Shown one piece after another: positions 15,647-24,705 of a stretch of 64,000 bases of DNA. The DNA is from a virus (Duplodnaviria; Caudoviricetes): positions 1-64,000 of IMG/VR virus record IMGVR_UViG_2928716645_000002. One strand, given 5' to 3'. Within the stretch, counting starts at the first letter, position 1. The number at the start of each line of letters is the position of its first letter. The notes under the pieces are model-generated. The model was not told the DNA's origin. It saw only the letters and a list, made by a program, of their open reading frames with translations, and did not search any database. The translations under genes and the position numbers were made by a program.

Positions 15647-15674
15647 AAGCCGCAAGGAAAGCTTGCAGGTTGAA

Positions 15675-15749
15675 TGGTGCCCGCAGGAGGACTTGAGTCT
15701 CCGCGCGTCCGCCTACAATGCGGCTGCTCTCCATCTGAGCTATGCGGGC
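15675..15749 (-). tRNA. tRNA-Thr(TGT), aberrant T-arm
   Basis: GCCGC AT-TGT-AG GCGGA; T-loop region ACTCAAGT. Confidence 0.6.
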
Positions 15750-15750
15750 G

Positions 15751-15825
15751 TGGTGCCGGCGACAGGACTTGAACCCACAACCGTCTCCTTACGAAGGAGC
15801 TGCGCTACCGTTGCGCCACGCCGGC
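15751..15825 (-). tRNA. tRNA-Thr(CGT)
   Basis: GCTCC TT-CGT-AA GGAGA. Confidence 0.82.
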
Positions 15826-15980
15826 GAGCAAATTTACAAACGGCCGGGACTGGCCCGGCCAATAGAAAAACGTTCGCTGCCGAAACCACCGTTTGCCGCT
15901 CCACTGAAGGAGACCAGTACCGGTCAGCGAGATCGCCTTATGTCCTTGCGGGGGCGACCATCCCGTATTCGAAATTCACG

Positions 15981-16175
15981 TCATGCAGCCGTGCGCGCAC
16001 CGCGACGATGCGGTTGCGCTCGGTTGAGGTAATCGAGGTAGATCTTGCGGGCCTGGGCCTCGGTCACGCCGCGGCGGACGACAACGGTCCGCACGAAGGC
16101 GAGCGCCACCGGCGAGGAGAAAATCCTCTGCTCGGTACGGTTCTCGAGTCCTGTGGTGTTGTTGGTCCGGGACAT
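15981..16175 (-). CDS. small hypothetical protein
   Basis: GAAGGG SD; upstream of the tRNA array. Confidence 0.35.
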   Translation of the reverse strand: MSRTNNTTGLENRTEQRIFSSPVALAFVRTVVVRRGVTEAQARKIYLDYLNRAQPHRRGARTAA

Positions 16176-16745
16176 CGCCCTTCTCCGCCTAGTGTGGCGG
16201 AGGACGATTCCTGCCGCCGGTTACGCTCTTGCTGGTGTGGGTAGCCCGGACGTACCGAGCAGATAATTCGAACCTTGCCTCGTCACGTGCATGCACGCCC
16301 AATCGCTCGACCGGGTAAACGGTCGTTCGATGGCGGCGGCGACGATATGTGCGGCTATGCGCAACACGGGCTTCGGTCCTAAGAGCGCAGGCAAATCATT
16401 TGCCGGCGGATTTGATGGGGCAGCGGTATGCGCAGAACTTCTGGAATCCGTCAAGCCCCTGCTCGCAGCAACCGGCTGACGCAGCTGCTCTCCGCTAGTT
16501 CACCTCCATGCGCGGATTGCCGAGTAACTGGTTCAAGATGCGTGCGATTTGATTCCTGTTGCGGCTGGCGCGTCGCGGCCGAAAAATTTTTCAATGGAGG
16601 GGCTCCAACCTTACGGAAAGCGGTGCTTTCGAGCCGCCAACGCCTCCCGTCGCAGGACCAATTGACCAAAATCTTGGCTTTCGACTGCCCACAAACCCAA
16701 CGCCTAGCGGCTTCCCGCGCCCCCGATTCAGCGCGATCATATGCA

Positions 16746-17192
16746 ATGGCCCCCAAACACCACCCTACCCCTCTCTCCGGCGGCGACCGCAAGGCGCTGA
16801 CGAAGGAGCTGCGGCGCGCACGGGCGGTGACGACGATCCTTGCCACACGGTCGGCCGAGAAGCGCGCCGCCGGCGAGGCGCTGATCCGCGAGGCCGACGA
16901 CCTGCTCTGCCAGAGCTGGAACGAGAAGATGTGGGCCGATGGCGGCCCGGTCGACCCGTCGCCCGCGATCGACCAGGCCATCAATGCCGGCTATCCGTGG
17001 CTCGAGATCAAATGCACCCGCTGCAAGACGCCGCGCGCGGTCGACCTGGCCGCCCTGCGACACGTGCCGACAACCAACGTGCATGACCTCGCAGGCCGCC
17101 TCCGCTGTGTGAAATGCAGCAAGGCCGGGAAGCGGCCGGCCGCCGAGTTGCTGCAGCTGTGGCAGCGCTGCCCGATTGGAGACGAGCCATGA
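16746..17192 (+). CDS. hypothetical zinc-ribbon protein
   Basis: CTRC...CVKC; coupled to next ORF. Confidence 0.65.
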   Translation: MAPKHHPTPLSGGDRKALTKELRRARAVTTILATRSAEKRAAGEALIREADDLLCQSWNEKMWADGGPVDPSPAIDQAINAGYPWLEIKCTRCKTPRAVDLAALRHVPTTNVHDLAGRLRCVKCSKAGKRPAAELLQLWQRCPIGDEP

Positions 17193-17647
17193 CCGAGCTC
17201 ACGCGCCGGCGCGACAAGGAAGCCGCCCGGGAGAAATGGGACGTCTTTCATGGCGATGTCCGCGTCGGGGCGATCGGACTGCGCGCCGGCGTGCCGAACC
17301 ACGCTGACCAATGGGAATGGAAATGCGGCTTCTATCCGGGCTGTGCTCGGTCGACCCGCGGCCCCGCCGCGACGTTCGACGAGGCGCGCGCGGGGTTCGA
17401 GGCGGCATGGGGCGAGTTGCTGCCGACCCTGACCGAGGCGGACTTCCAGGCCTGGCGCGATCATCGCGACTGGATCGCACGCAAGCAGGCCATGTGGGAC
17501 CACGGCGAAAAGCTGCCTTCTCAACAGCCGTCGTCGCTGATGCGCTGTCCCTGCGGCGCGACATTTGATAGCCACCTGCCGGCCGAAAGCCAGATTCACA
17601 CCCCGCACATCTATGCTGCGCAAAGGCGCGATGGAATTCGACGATGA
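17189..17647 (+). CDS. hypothetical protein
   Basis: ATGA coupling on both sides. Confidence 0.65.
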   Translation: MTELTRRRDKEAAREKWDVFHGDVRVGAIGLRAGVPNHADQWEWKCGFYPGCARSTRGPAATFDEARAGFEAAWGELLPTLTEADFQAWRDHRDWIARKQAMWDHGEKLPSQQPSSLMRCPCGATFDSHLPAESQIHTPHIYAAQRRDGIRR

Positions 17648-17904
17648 AGATGAAGGAAGACCGCTGGGCGGATCCGGAGAAAGCCGCCCGGCGGATCATG
17701 GAGCACGCCCGCGCGTTCGAGCCGATCCAAGATGGCCGGATCTACATCGAGAAGATCAACTATCCGATGATCTACCAGGACAAGGCGACGCCGGCCGAAT
17801 ATTGGGCCGGGCTCAAGCATGCGATCGGCCAAAACTGGCTTGAGTACCACGAGAGCGGGACCTTCGTGAGAATGACGCAAGCGGGTAAGGACTTGTTCGC
17901 GTGA
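17644..17904 (+). CDS. hypothetical protein
   Basis: coupled start; 86 aa. Confidence 0.6.
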   Translation: MKMKEDRWADPEKAARRIMEHARAFEPIQDGRIYIEKINYPMIYQDKATPAEYWAGLKHAIGQNWLEYHESGTFVRMTQAGKDLFA

Positions 17905-17926
17905 CGCAGTTCCAGCCCCGGAACTA

Positions 17927-17951
17927 GGAACGTGGCTTCTTTGGATTCGTT
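17927..17951 (+). promoter_or_regulatory. EcfG (general stress sigma)-type promoter
   Basis: GGAAC-N16-CGTT. Confidence 0.6.
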
Positions 17952-18016
17952 AGGGGCAACTGATGACGAGAACGCATCGCGTTCCCGACTTTCCTGCAAG
18001 CGGAAAGGAACGCGCC

Positions 18017-18220
18017 ATGATCAAACGTCGACAGCGCTTTAAACAAACCACGTCTCTCAAGGACCGGCTCATCTCATGGGCCGAAGACGTGCGCAAGAAA
18101 GCTGACCGGCTCGCACCTGGCCCGGAAAAGGAGGATCTCCTCAAGAGGGCCAGAATAGCAGATACCGCCGCCCACCTTGATGACTGGGCGAGATCGAGTG
18201 AATTGCAGCCGCCAACGTGA
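18017..18220 (+). CDS. small hypothetical protein
   Basis: AAGGA SD; MIKRRQRFKQTTSLKDRL. Confidence 0.6.
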   Translation: MIKRRQRFKQTTSLKDRLISWAEDVRKKADRLAPGPEKEDLLKRARIADTAAHLDDWARSSELQPPT

Positions 18221-18301
18221 ATCCCCCGAAAATCTGGTCATCCCTTGGAACAAACTTGCGTTTCGCAAGTTGCGGGTGCGCATACCCCCGGGGAAGGACT
18301 G

Positions 18302-18478
18302 ATGAACGATCTAATCGACACGGATGGCAGGCAAAAATCGCCACCGCCCCTTAGCACCTGCACCCGTTGCGGAGGGATTACCTTGGCAATGTCCATCCTC
18401 GATAGCCGCCAAGGCAAGAGCTATCGCCTGCGCCGCTGCATAACCTGCGAGAAGCTCAATTGGGCCGAGGAAGATTAA
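18302..18478 (+). CDS. small zinc-ribbon protein
   Basis: CTRC...CITC; AAGGA SD. Confidence 0.5.
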   Translation: MNDLIDTDGRQKSPPPLSTCTRCGGITLAMSILDSRQGKSYRLRRCITCEKLNWAEED

Positions 18479-18912
18479 GGGCCGGCCACCGAATGTCCGC
18501 CTTGAAACCCATTTCTGAAACGATCATTATCCGTTCATCACCGGCCAAAGGCTCTGCCGTGGGCGTCGGTGGCTGAGAGACCAATAGCGCTCCCGCCTGC
18601 AAGGACGGAGTTGCGCCATGAGCCAGCCCTTCAGCGATGAGACAATGCTCAGCGAGCCATCGACGACGCGATCCTGGTGCGTGAACAGACGCGACGACAT
18701 ATCGCCAACGCAGCTTTCCGGTCCTTCCAATTGGAACTAGCGCTTTTGAACGCCCAAGGCGTGGGTTCGAATGACGTGCCAAAAAGATAGTTTCATGCGT
18801 TTTAGGATTTCGCGGCGCACCCCAGGAACAACTGTTCACTTTGTAACTTAAGGAGACCACCAAGAGCGCATCGAGAACTCAAGTGGACCAACCTACTCAA
18901 GATCAGCGACCA

Positions 18913-19059
18913 ATGCCGCTTAAAGCCATGAACTGGCAGCGGCGGTGCTCCAGATGCTCTGACATCCCCGAACTCGTCCGTGCCTTCCTCGATCCTGTCG
19001 GCGGGAAAACCGTGCGGCTCATGGAATGCAAATGCGGCGAACGCATCTGGAGCGACTAA
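18913..19059 (+). CDS. small zinc-ribbon protein, resembles 18302-18478
   Basis: CSRC...LD...GK..RL..CKC...W. Confidence 0.45.
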   Translation: MPLKAMNWQRRCSRCSDIPELVRAFLDPVGGKTVRLMECKCGERIWSD

Positions 19060-19947
19060 ATGGCAGAATGACCGATTGGGCTATGGCCGCCTCAGTTGCG
19101 GCCTCTTTCATTTGAGTTGCGGCCAAACACTAGGACAACCGTCGCCGTGAGACGGCTCCGGCGCTTTGCGGGGCTAGCGTGCGCGCCAGAGCCGTCCCCA
19201 CGCGCGCTCCGTGTCCGAGAGCGCAATGCATATTACCGGGAAAAGCGGCAAACACCGACGGAACCCTGGACTACCCCCTAATCGTAAGAAAAGGCCCCAG
19301 CACCTCTGGGGGCCGGAGGCCAGTGCTGAGGCCAGTCATTCCTTTAGTGAATCGGGGACGTGACCCGAGACCCCAAGGCTAGCACGGCTATCAAGAGCTG
19401 CCACTTTTCGGTCGGAGCCCCCGTAATCGCACGGAATGCTTCCAAAAGTTGCGTCGTGCTACGACCGAATCCGGGTCGGCAAATCTCACTCAGCACGGGA
19501 CGGCCGGCCCAAAGCTCGCAGCCGGTCATCTTCCGCAAGAGGATGGCCGGCGCGGGTGGATGCTTGCAGGATTCCTTGATCACGCGGGCAAGAGCAACGC
19601 CCGCCCTTCGTCCGTCACCACCATGGTGACGTGGGCTTTGCCCTTGGCACGGGGGCCGGCCATCGGCGATCAGGTACAAAAAAGGATGGCCCCAGCTCCC
19701 GGGGTGAGTGCTGAGGCCGGCAAGTAGTCCCACTCCTTAGTGGCGATTCAACGTCGTGGACTGCTGCTTGTTCCCCCAAGCGAAACGGCCCCAGCGAGAG
19801 GACATGCTGAGGCCGATTCGGTGCCCCACCAGGTGCCAGCCGGGGTCCGCGCTCCAACTAATGGAGAAGGTGCCGCGGGTCTTCGGGGGCAAGAGCCGGG
19901 GCACATTCATTCGTCCATTGCCGCTCTGCCGCGAGCAGCACATTGCT

Positions 19948-19972
19948 AACGACGCTTCGAAGTTGCCGTTCC
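19948..19972 (-). promoter_or_regulatory. EcfG-type promoter
   Basis: GGAAC-N16-CGTT on - strand. Confidence 0.55.
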
Positions 19973-19983
19973 TAACGACTTTT

Positions 19984-20177
19984 TCATCGCCGACCCGAGC
20001 CGGCGCTCAACTCGCTTGCGGCTGGTGCCGACCTTCTTGACGGCCTTCTTCACCGACGCGGCCGACTTGCCGGTCTTCTTCGCCTCATAGGCGCACTTCG
20101 TAATCCTGCCCGCCGGCGACGCGCACTCGGTCCTGCTTGCGACCGCGCGCGGTCTGCTTCTTCGCTTTCTTTGCCAT
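19984..20177 (-). pseudogene. DUF3606-like small basic protein, frameshifted
   Basis: MAKKAKKQTARGRKQDRVRVAGGQDYEVR, then YEAKKTGKSAASVKKAVKKVG in another frame; GGAGG SD. Confidence 0.6.
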
Positions 20178-20341
20178 TCCGGCCTCCCAATCGCGCCGCA
20201 GTTTCGTTGCGGCAGATCGGAAATAACGACTCAACGACTTCGGTTCCTACCACTGCATTGCGGGCATAAGTGCAGGCCCAGCGAAGAGGCGGTTGACGCA
20301 GGTGCTATAACTGGTGGCACCGATTGATTCGAGACCACACC

Positions 20342-20617
20342 ATGAAGAGCAATGCACAACGTCGCCTGCCGCCACAGGCATCCCGTCCGGCTTATCGGAG
20401 CCTCGAAGGCTGGGCGCTCGGCATGTTGATCGAGCACCACGCCGTGAGGGAGTGCGAGCACCACGGTCATGCCCTCGATCGCAGCGACTCCGATGCGTGG
20501 AACCGGGCTCGCGGGGCGGCGTGGAACCAGCCGTTCCCGGGCTCCACGCCGGAAGAGTGCCAGGCCGCGATCGACGAAGTCCTGCGCGGCATCGGAGATA
20601 CCTGTCCCGACTGCTAG
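20342..20617 (+). CDS. hypothetical protein
   Basis: ECEHHGH...CPDC. Confidence 0.55.
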   Translation: MKSNAQRRLPPQASRPAYRSLEGWALGMLIEHHAVRECEHHGHALDRSDSDAWNRARGAAWNQPFPGSTPEECQAAIDEVLRGIGDTCPDC

Positions 20618-20683
20618 CCGAGACTCCACTTCGCTGAGCGGCGTCCTATATTGATACCATTCAGTGTAGGTGGAGTTTTGAGT

Positions 20684-21529
20684 ATGGCCCCGCGCGCCAA
20701 TTGGAAGGGCTTTTTGCGGTTGTCCCTGGTGACGTGCCCCATCGCACTGTTCCCGGCGACCTCTGAATCCGACAAGATCAGCTTCAACCAGATCAACAAG
20801 AAGACCGGCCACCGGATCAAATATCTGAAGATCGACGCCGACACCGGCGAAGAAGTTGACTCTGACGACATCATCAAGGGCTACAAGGTCGATACCGACC
20901 GATACCTCGAGATCACCAAGGACGAGCTCGAGAACATCGCCCTGGAATCGACCCGCACCATCGAGATCGACGAGTTCGTACCCAGGAGCGAGATCGACGA
21001 TCTGTATCTCGTGCGGCCCTACTACATCGTCCCCGATGGCAAGGTCGGCCATGACGCCTACGCCGTCATCCGCGAAACCATCAGATCACTCGATAAGGTC
21101 GCCCTCGCCCGCGTGGTTTTGACCAATCGCGAACACGTCATTTCGCTCGAGGCGCGAGACAATGGATTGATGGGCATGCTGCTGCGCTATCCCTATGAGG
21201 TGCGCGATTCAGCCGAGTATTTCGAGGACATCCAGGACGTGAAGATCACGAAGGATATGCTCGATCTGGCCAAACATATCGTCGAGCAGAAATCGGGCCA
21301 CTTCGAGCCGGACAAGTTCGAAGATCACTATGAGCAGGCGCTGCAGGAGCTGCTCGACCAGAAGCGCAAGGGCCAACCGATCGCAGCGACACGAAAGCCC
21401 GCGCCGAGCAACGTGTTCAACCTGATGGATGCCTTGAAGCAGAGCATCCAGAGCGGCGGCAAGACGGCGCCCGCGAAATCCGGCAAGGCGAAGAAGGCGC
21501 CGGCCAAGCCGCGCCGCAAAGCGGGCTGA
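20684..21529 (+). CDS. ku: Ku protein (NHEJ)
   Basis: MAPRANWKGFLRLSLVTCPI..., RPYYIVP, NLMDALKQS, basic tail. Confidence 0.95.
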   Translation: MAPRANWKGFLRLSLVTCPIALFPATSESDKISFNQINKKTGHRIKYLKIDADTGEEVDSDDIIKGYKVDTDRYLEITKDELENIALESTRTIEIDEFVPRSEIDDLYLVRPYYIVPDGKVGHDAYAVIRETIRSLDKVALARVVLTNREHVISLEARDNGLMGMLLRYPYEVRDSAEYFEDIQDVKITKDMLDLAKHIVEQKSGHFEPDKFEDHYEQALQELLDQKRKGQPIAATRKPAPSNVFNLMDALKQSIQSGGKTAPAKSGKAKKAPAKPRRKAG

Positions 21530-21530
21530 C

Positions 21531-22133
21531 GTGCCCGTCCCGAAGTTCCAGCCCTGTATCCCGGTTTCCACGAAGGCCGTCCCGACCGGTCCGGACTGGC
21601 TGCACGAGGTCAAATACGATGGCTACCGCGGCCGCGTCGACCGCGACGGCAACATCGTGCGCGTCAACTCCAAGTCCGGGCTCGACTGGACGTGGCGCTT
21701 CCCATGGATCGTCGAGAGTGCCCTGAGGCTGCCCGTGACGCAGTTCGCGATCGACGGCGAGATCTGCGTGCTCGACGTCCGCGGGATCTCCGACTTCGAC
21801 GCCCTGCATTCCAACCGGCACAACGAGGAGGCCAAGTTGTACGCCTTCGACCTGGTCGCGCTCGATGGCGATGACCTGCGCGAGCTGCCGCTGTTCGAGC
21901 GCAAGGGACGCTTGGCAAAGCTGCTCGCACGCCGGCCGGAGGGCATCTTCGTTGCGCCCTTCGAGCGAGGGGAGATCGGCCCGGACCTGTTTCGCGCGGC
22001 CTGCGACATGGGCCTTGAGGGCCTGGTCTCCAAGCATCGCGAGCGTCGCTACAGGCCGAAGACCTGCGATTGGGTGAAAGTCAAGAACCGGGCGCACCCC
22101 GCCTACCGCCGCGTCGCTGATCAGTTCGGGTAG
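21531..22133 (+). CDS. ATP-dependent DNA ligase, adenylation domain only (LigD-like)
   Basis: HEVKYDGYR, IDGE, YAFDL, EGLVSK, WVKVKN. Confidence 0.9.
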   Translation: MPVPKFQPCIPVSTKAVPTGPDWLHEVKYDGYRGRVDRDGNIVRVNSKSGLDWTWRFPWIVESALRLPVTQFAIDGEICVLDVRGISDFDALHSNRHNEEAKLYAFDLVALDGDDLRELPLFERKGRLAKLLARRPEGIFVAPFERGEIGPDLFRAACDMGLEGLVSKHRERRYRPKTCDWVKVKNRAHPAYRRVADQFG

Positions 22134-22146
22134 CGCGCAGCGCTCG

Positions 22147-22338
22147 CTACTCACCGCCTATATCGATGTTGTCGAAGTCGTCGTCTGGGATCTTGTCAGA
22201 CCTTCGATGCAACTTGGTCGCCGCGACTTCCAACTCCTCGTCCAGCTCGACGAAGGTCTCGGCCGTCTCGGCCTTAGCCAAATGCTCCTCGATCAAGCGC
22301 CACAGCGCGACCCTGAACTCATATTTGCTGAAAGCCAT
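22147..22338 (-). CDS. small acidic hypothetical protein
   Basis: ORF track; GGAG SD. Confidence 0.4.
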   Translation of the reverse strand: MAFSKYEFRVALWRLIEEHLAKAETAETFVELDEELEVAATKLHRRSDKIPDDDFDNIDIGGE

Positions 22339-22474
22339 CCGCGTTACTCCGTGCCGGCCCCGGCTCTACCAGAGCGATGCACCCGCCGTGCCATACCCGT
22401 CAACCGGTTTCAGTGATACTCCTAGATCAGCGCGAAGCGCTCGCTAGGCTCGGCTTCCGGGAGTAGGCTGCGAC

Positions 22475-22663
22475 ATGACCGACCAGACCGCCAAAACCGC
22501 GCGACTGATGAAGGTCGCCGAAGCGATCGTTCGAGAGATGGACCGGCAGGGCATCGCCGAAGCGGTCGCCGATCTCGGCTTCGACGTGATGGAGCTGGCG
22601 CGGGTGGTGGTTCGGACGGCGGACGGCGACGTTATCCCGTTCCGGCGCCCACCCGGTCATTAG
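22475..22663 (+). CDS. small hypothetical protein
   Basis: ORF track; GGAG SD. Confidence 0.5.
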   Translation: MTDQTAKTARLMKVAEAIVREMDRQGIAEAVADLGFDVMELARVVVRTADGDVIPFRRPPGH

Positions 22664-22870
22664 GGGAACGCGGAGCGCTGGCTATTGCGCGATCAGAGCG
22701 CCAACCTCGTAGGCGAGCGCGAGCAGGCTGATGCCGACCAGCAGGATCATCGCGGCCGGAAACAGTGATCTGGGCTTGGTCGAAATCACGGTGTCGCTCA
22801 TCCAACCGGACATAGCTCCGGCCGAACTCCAGTCATATCCGGACTGATACGGAGAGCGGCTCAGAAACGC

Positions 22871-22906
22871 AAAAAAGCCCGACCATCCCTTTCGGGACAG
22901 CCGGGC
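22871..22906 (-). terminator. intrinsic terminator downstream of the late operon
   Basis: GCCCG..TCCCGAAAGGGA..CGGGC-TTTTTT. Confidence 0.6.
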
Positions 22907-23034
22907 AAGTCGCGTTTTGGGTCGCAAGTTCGGGATGCCGCGGACCTCTCCGCAACCGCCCTTGGTCAGCCGTCGCAACTTGGAGGTAAACGACGGGTTC
23001 ATCGCGGCGCGGGCATGCGCCGGATCAGTTCTCT

Positions 23035-23400
23035 CTATTCGTCGATGCCGCCGTAGGTACTTGGCGCATACGGCCAGTCTGGCAGGTCGACGGTCTGACC
23101 GGCGAGCTTGTGCGGGCTATCCCCGCAAAACTCGATCCGGCCGTCGCGGATGAAGTAGTGGCACTCGGTACGCATCTGTCCCGCGGGCAAACGCTTCTCG
23201 CCGTCATGGTTCGACTGGAGCAGCACCGATGGGTTGAACGTTGGGCGCTCGTAATCGCCGTTGAACTGCCACTTCGGGCCCAACGAGCTCTTGATCGTGA
23301 TGCCGTGCACTTCGTCACAGCCTGGACACCAATGCATCAAGCGCTGGTGCTGTCCGTTGTTGCTGGTGGCACTGCGCAACTTCGTGCCGATCTGTGCCAT
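23035..23400 (-). CDS. DUF6527-like metal-binding protein
   Basis: HWCPGC...WQFNGD..PTFNPSVL...CHYFIRDGRIEFC. Confidence 0.7.
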   Translation of the reverse strand: MAQIGTKLRSATSNNGQHQRLMHWCPGCDEVHGITIKSSLGPKWQFNGDYERPTFNPSVLLQSNHDGEKRLPAGQMRTECHYFIRDGRIEFCGDSPHKLAGQTVDLPDWPYAPSTYGGIDE

Positions 23401-23831
23401 CAGCGCGGCCGCCCATAATCCGGACCGATGTTCGGTACCGGGTACTGACGCCCGTCAAGGTCGGCAGTGAACTCGCCGCCGCGGAGAAAGCCGTGATAGT
23501 TGCCGGCGACGATCGATGGCGAGCAAGTGATGTTCGGCCATTCGCCGGTGACCTGCCAGCCGTTGCCGTTCGAGGACATGCGGTCGATGCACCAGATTTC
23601 GCCGTTCGGGCAGACGAGTTCGATCGGCGCGCGCTTGCCGAACCAGTCGCGATAGTAGTGCGGCGACAGGAAGTCCTTACCGAGGTCACGATCGAGATAC
23701 CAATCGTTGAACCAACCCATTCCGGGCAGGAAGATCCGTCGGTCATTGCGCCAGAAACCGTCCGCAACGGCTTTGTCGCCCAGCGCCTTGTATTCGTCGA
23801 AGCTGAGCAGCTTCGGCGTGAGCCGAGTCAT
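23400..23831 (-). CDS. DUF6527-like protein (second, divergent)
   Basis: CPNG...WQVTG..PNITCSPSI...YHGFLRGG. Confidence 0.55.
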   Translation of the reverse strand: MTRLTPKLLSFDEYKALGDKAVADGFWRNDRRIFLPGMGWFNDWYLDRDLGKDFLSPHYYRDWFGKRAPIELVCPNGEIWCIDRMSSNGNGWQVTGEWPNITCSPSIVAGNYHGFLRGGEFTADLDGRQYPVPNIGPDYGRPR

Positions 23832-23846
23832 GGTGCCTCCGTGATG

Positions 23847-24011
23847 CTACTGGGGGATGGACGCGAGGATGAAGCAGAGCGCCACGACCAAGAGGCCGAT
23901 GAATGCGACGCCGAAACCCGCGTTAGTCTCGTCGACGGTGTTCGCGATATTCACCATCACGAATCCGGCCAGCACCGCGACGACGCCGGCGACGGCGGCA
24001 ATCGTGACCAT
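23847..24011 (-). CDS. small 2-TM membrane protein
   Basis: MVTIAAVAGVVAVLAGF...FIGLLVVALCFIL. Confidence 0.45.
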   Translation of the reverse strand: MVTIAAVAGVVAVLAGFVMVNIANTVDETNAGFGVAFIGLLVVALCFILASIPQ

Positions 24012-24029
24012 CAAGTCCATTGCTGCCGC

Positions 24030-24419
24030 CTAAGCGATGAGGGAAATCGTGACGGCGATCGCGGCCGCAACGATCGTGGTAAAGATCCAGACCTCCCTGC
24101 CCCATCGGTCGGGCGCAAAGACCCGTATGACGCAGGCGACACCGAGTATCTGGATCAGGGCGGTGATCAGCAGCACTGGGCTGTGCAGCATGGAGTCAAC
24201 GTCCGCGCCGCGGTTGTCGAGGTGGCGCCAATACCAAATCCAGATCCGGGAAGCCGCTTCGGGCGCGAAGGCAACGAACAGCGATATCGCGGCCTGAAGA
24301 CGGACCCGCTTCACACCGTTCTCGAGGATCTCGCGGGCCATGTAGACGCCGAACATGAAGCAGGCAAAGATCAGCAGGAACGCCAGAGTGCCGTTCGCCC
24401 CCTCGAGCAATTTCAACAT
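24030..24419 (-). CDS. 4-TM membrane protein
   Basis: four hydrophobic segments; lysis region. Confidence 0.6.
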   Translation of the reverse strand: MLKLLEGANGTLAFLLIFACFMFGVYMAREILENGVKRVRLQAAISLFVAFAPEAASRIWIWYWRHLDNRGADVDSMLHSPVLLITALIQILGVACVIRVFAPDRWGREVWIFTTIVAAAIAVTISLIA

Positions 24420-24420
24420 T

Positions 24421-24705
24421 TCAATTTCCTTGCCTCTGGCCGAATGACCGCATGTGATGAACGAGTTGCGCAATTTCGTCGTGCCGTGGCGATGCCCGCG
24501 CGGACTCGCTCGACGAACGCGAAAGGCTTACTGCTTCACGAAGCCTGCCCTGGGCGTTGCTGATCTCACGATCAGCGGTGTCGAGCCGCCGCATCGTGGC
24601 GTCGTGGTCATGCAATGCATTTTCGGCTGAAGCCTTATCGATCTCCTCTTCATCGAATGGCTCGATGAGGTGGAGTTGGCGCAATATGGTTCGCATGAGG
24701 CTCAT
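24421..24705 (-). CDS. hypothetical protein
   Basis: coupled ORF. Confidence 0.55.
   Translation of the reverse strand: MSLMRTILRQLHLIEPFDEEEIDKASAENALHDHDATMRRLDTADREISNAQGRLREAVSLSRSSSESARASPRHDEIAQLVHHMRSFGQRQGN

Larger units (their letters stand above)
3572..15825 (-). other. tRNA gene array (38 tRNA or tRNA-like genes plus one fragment) interleaved with cargo
   Basis: repeated TGG...TCGAACC signatures on + strand, corresponding to CCA ends and T-arms on - strand. Confidence 0.95.

Noticed and set aside
3572-15825. Stop-codon suppressor or Sec tRNA / alternative genetic code
   Set aside because: No CTA, TTA or TCA anticodon was found, and structural genes read intact in code 11.
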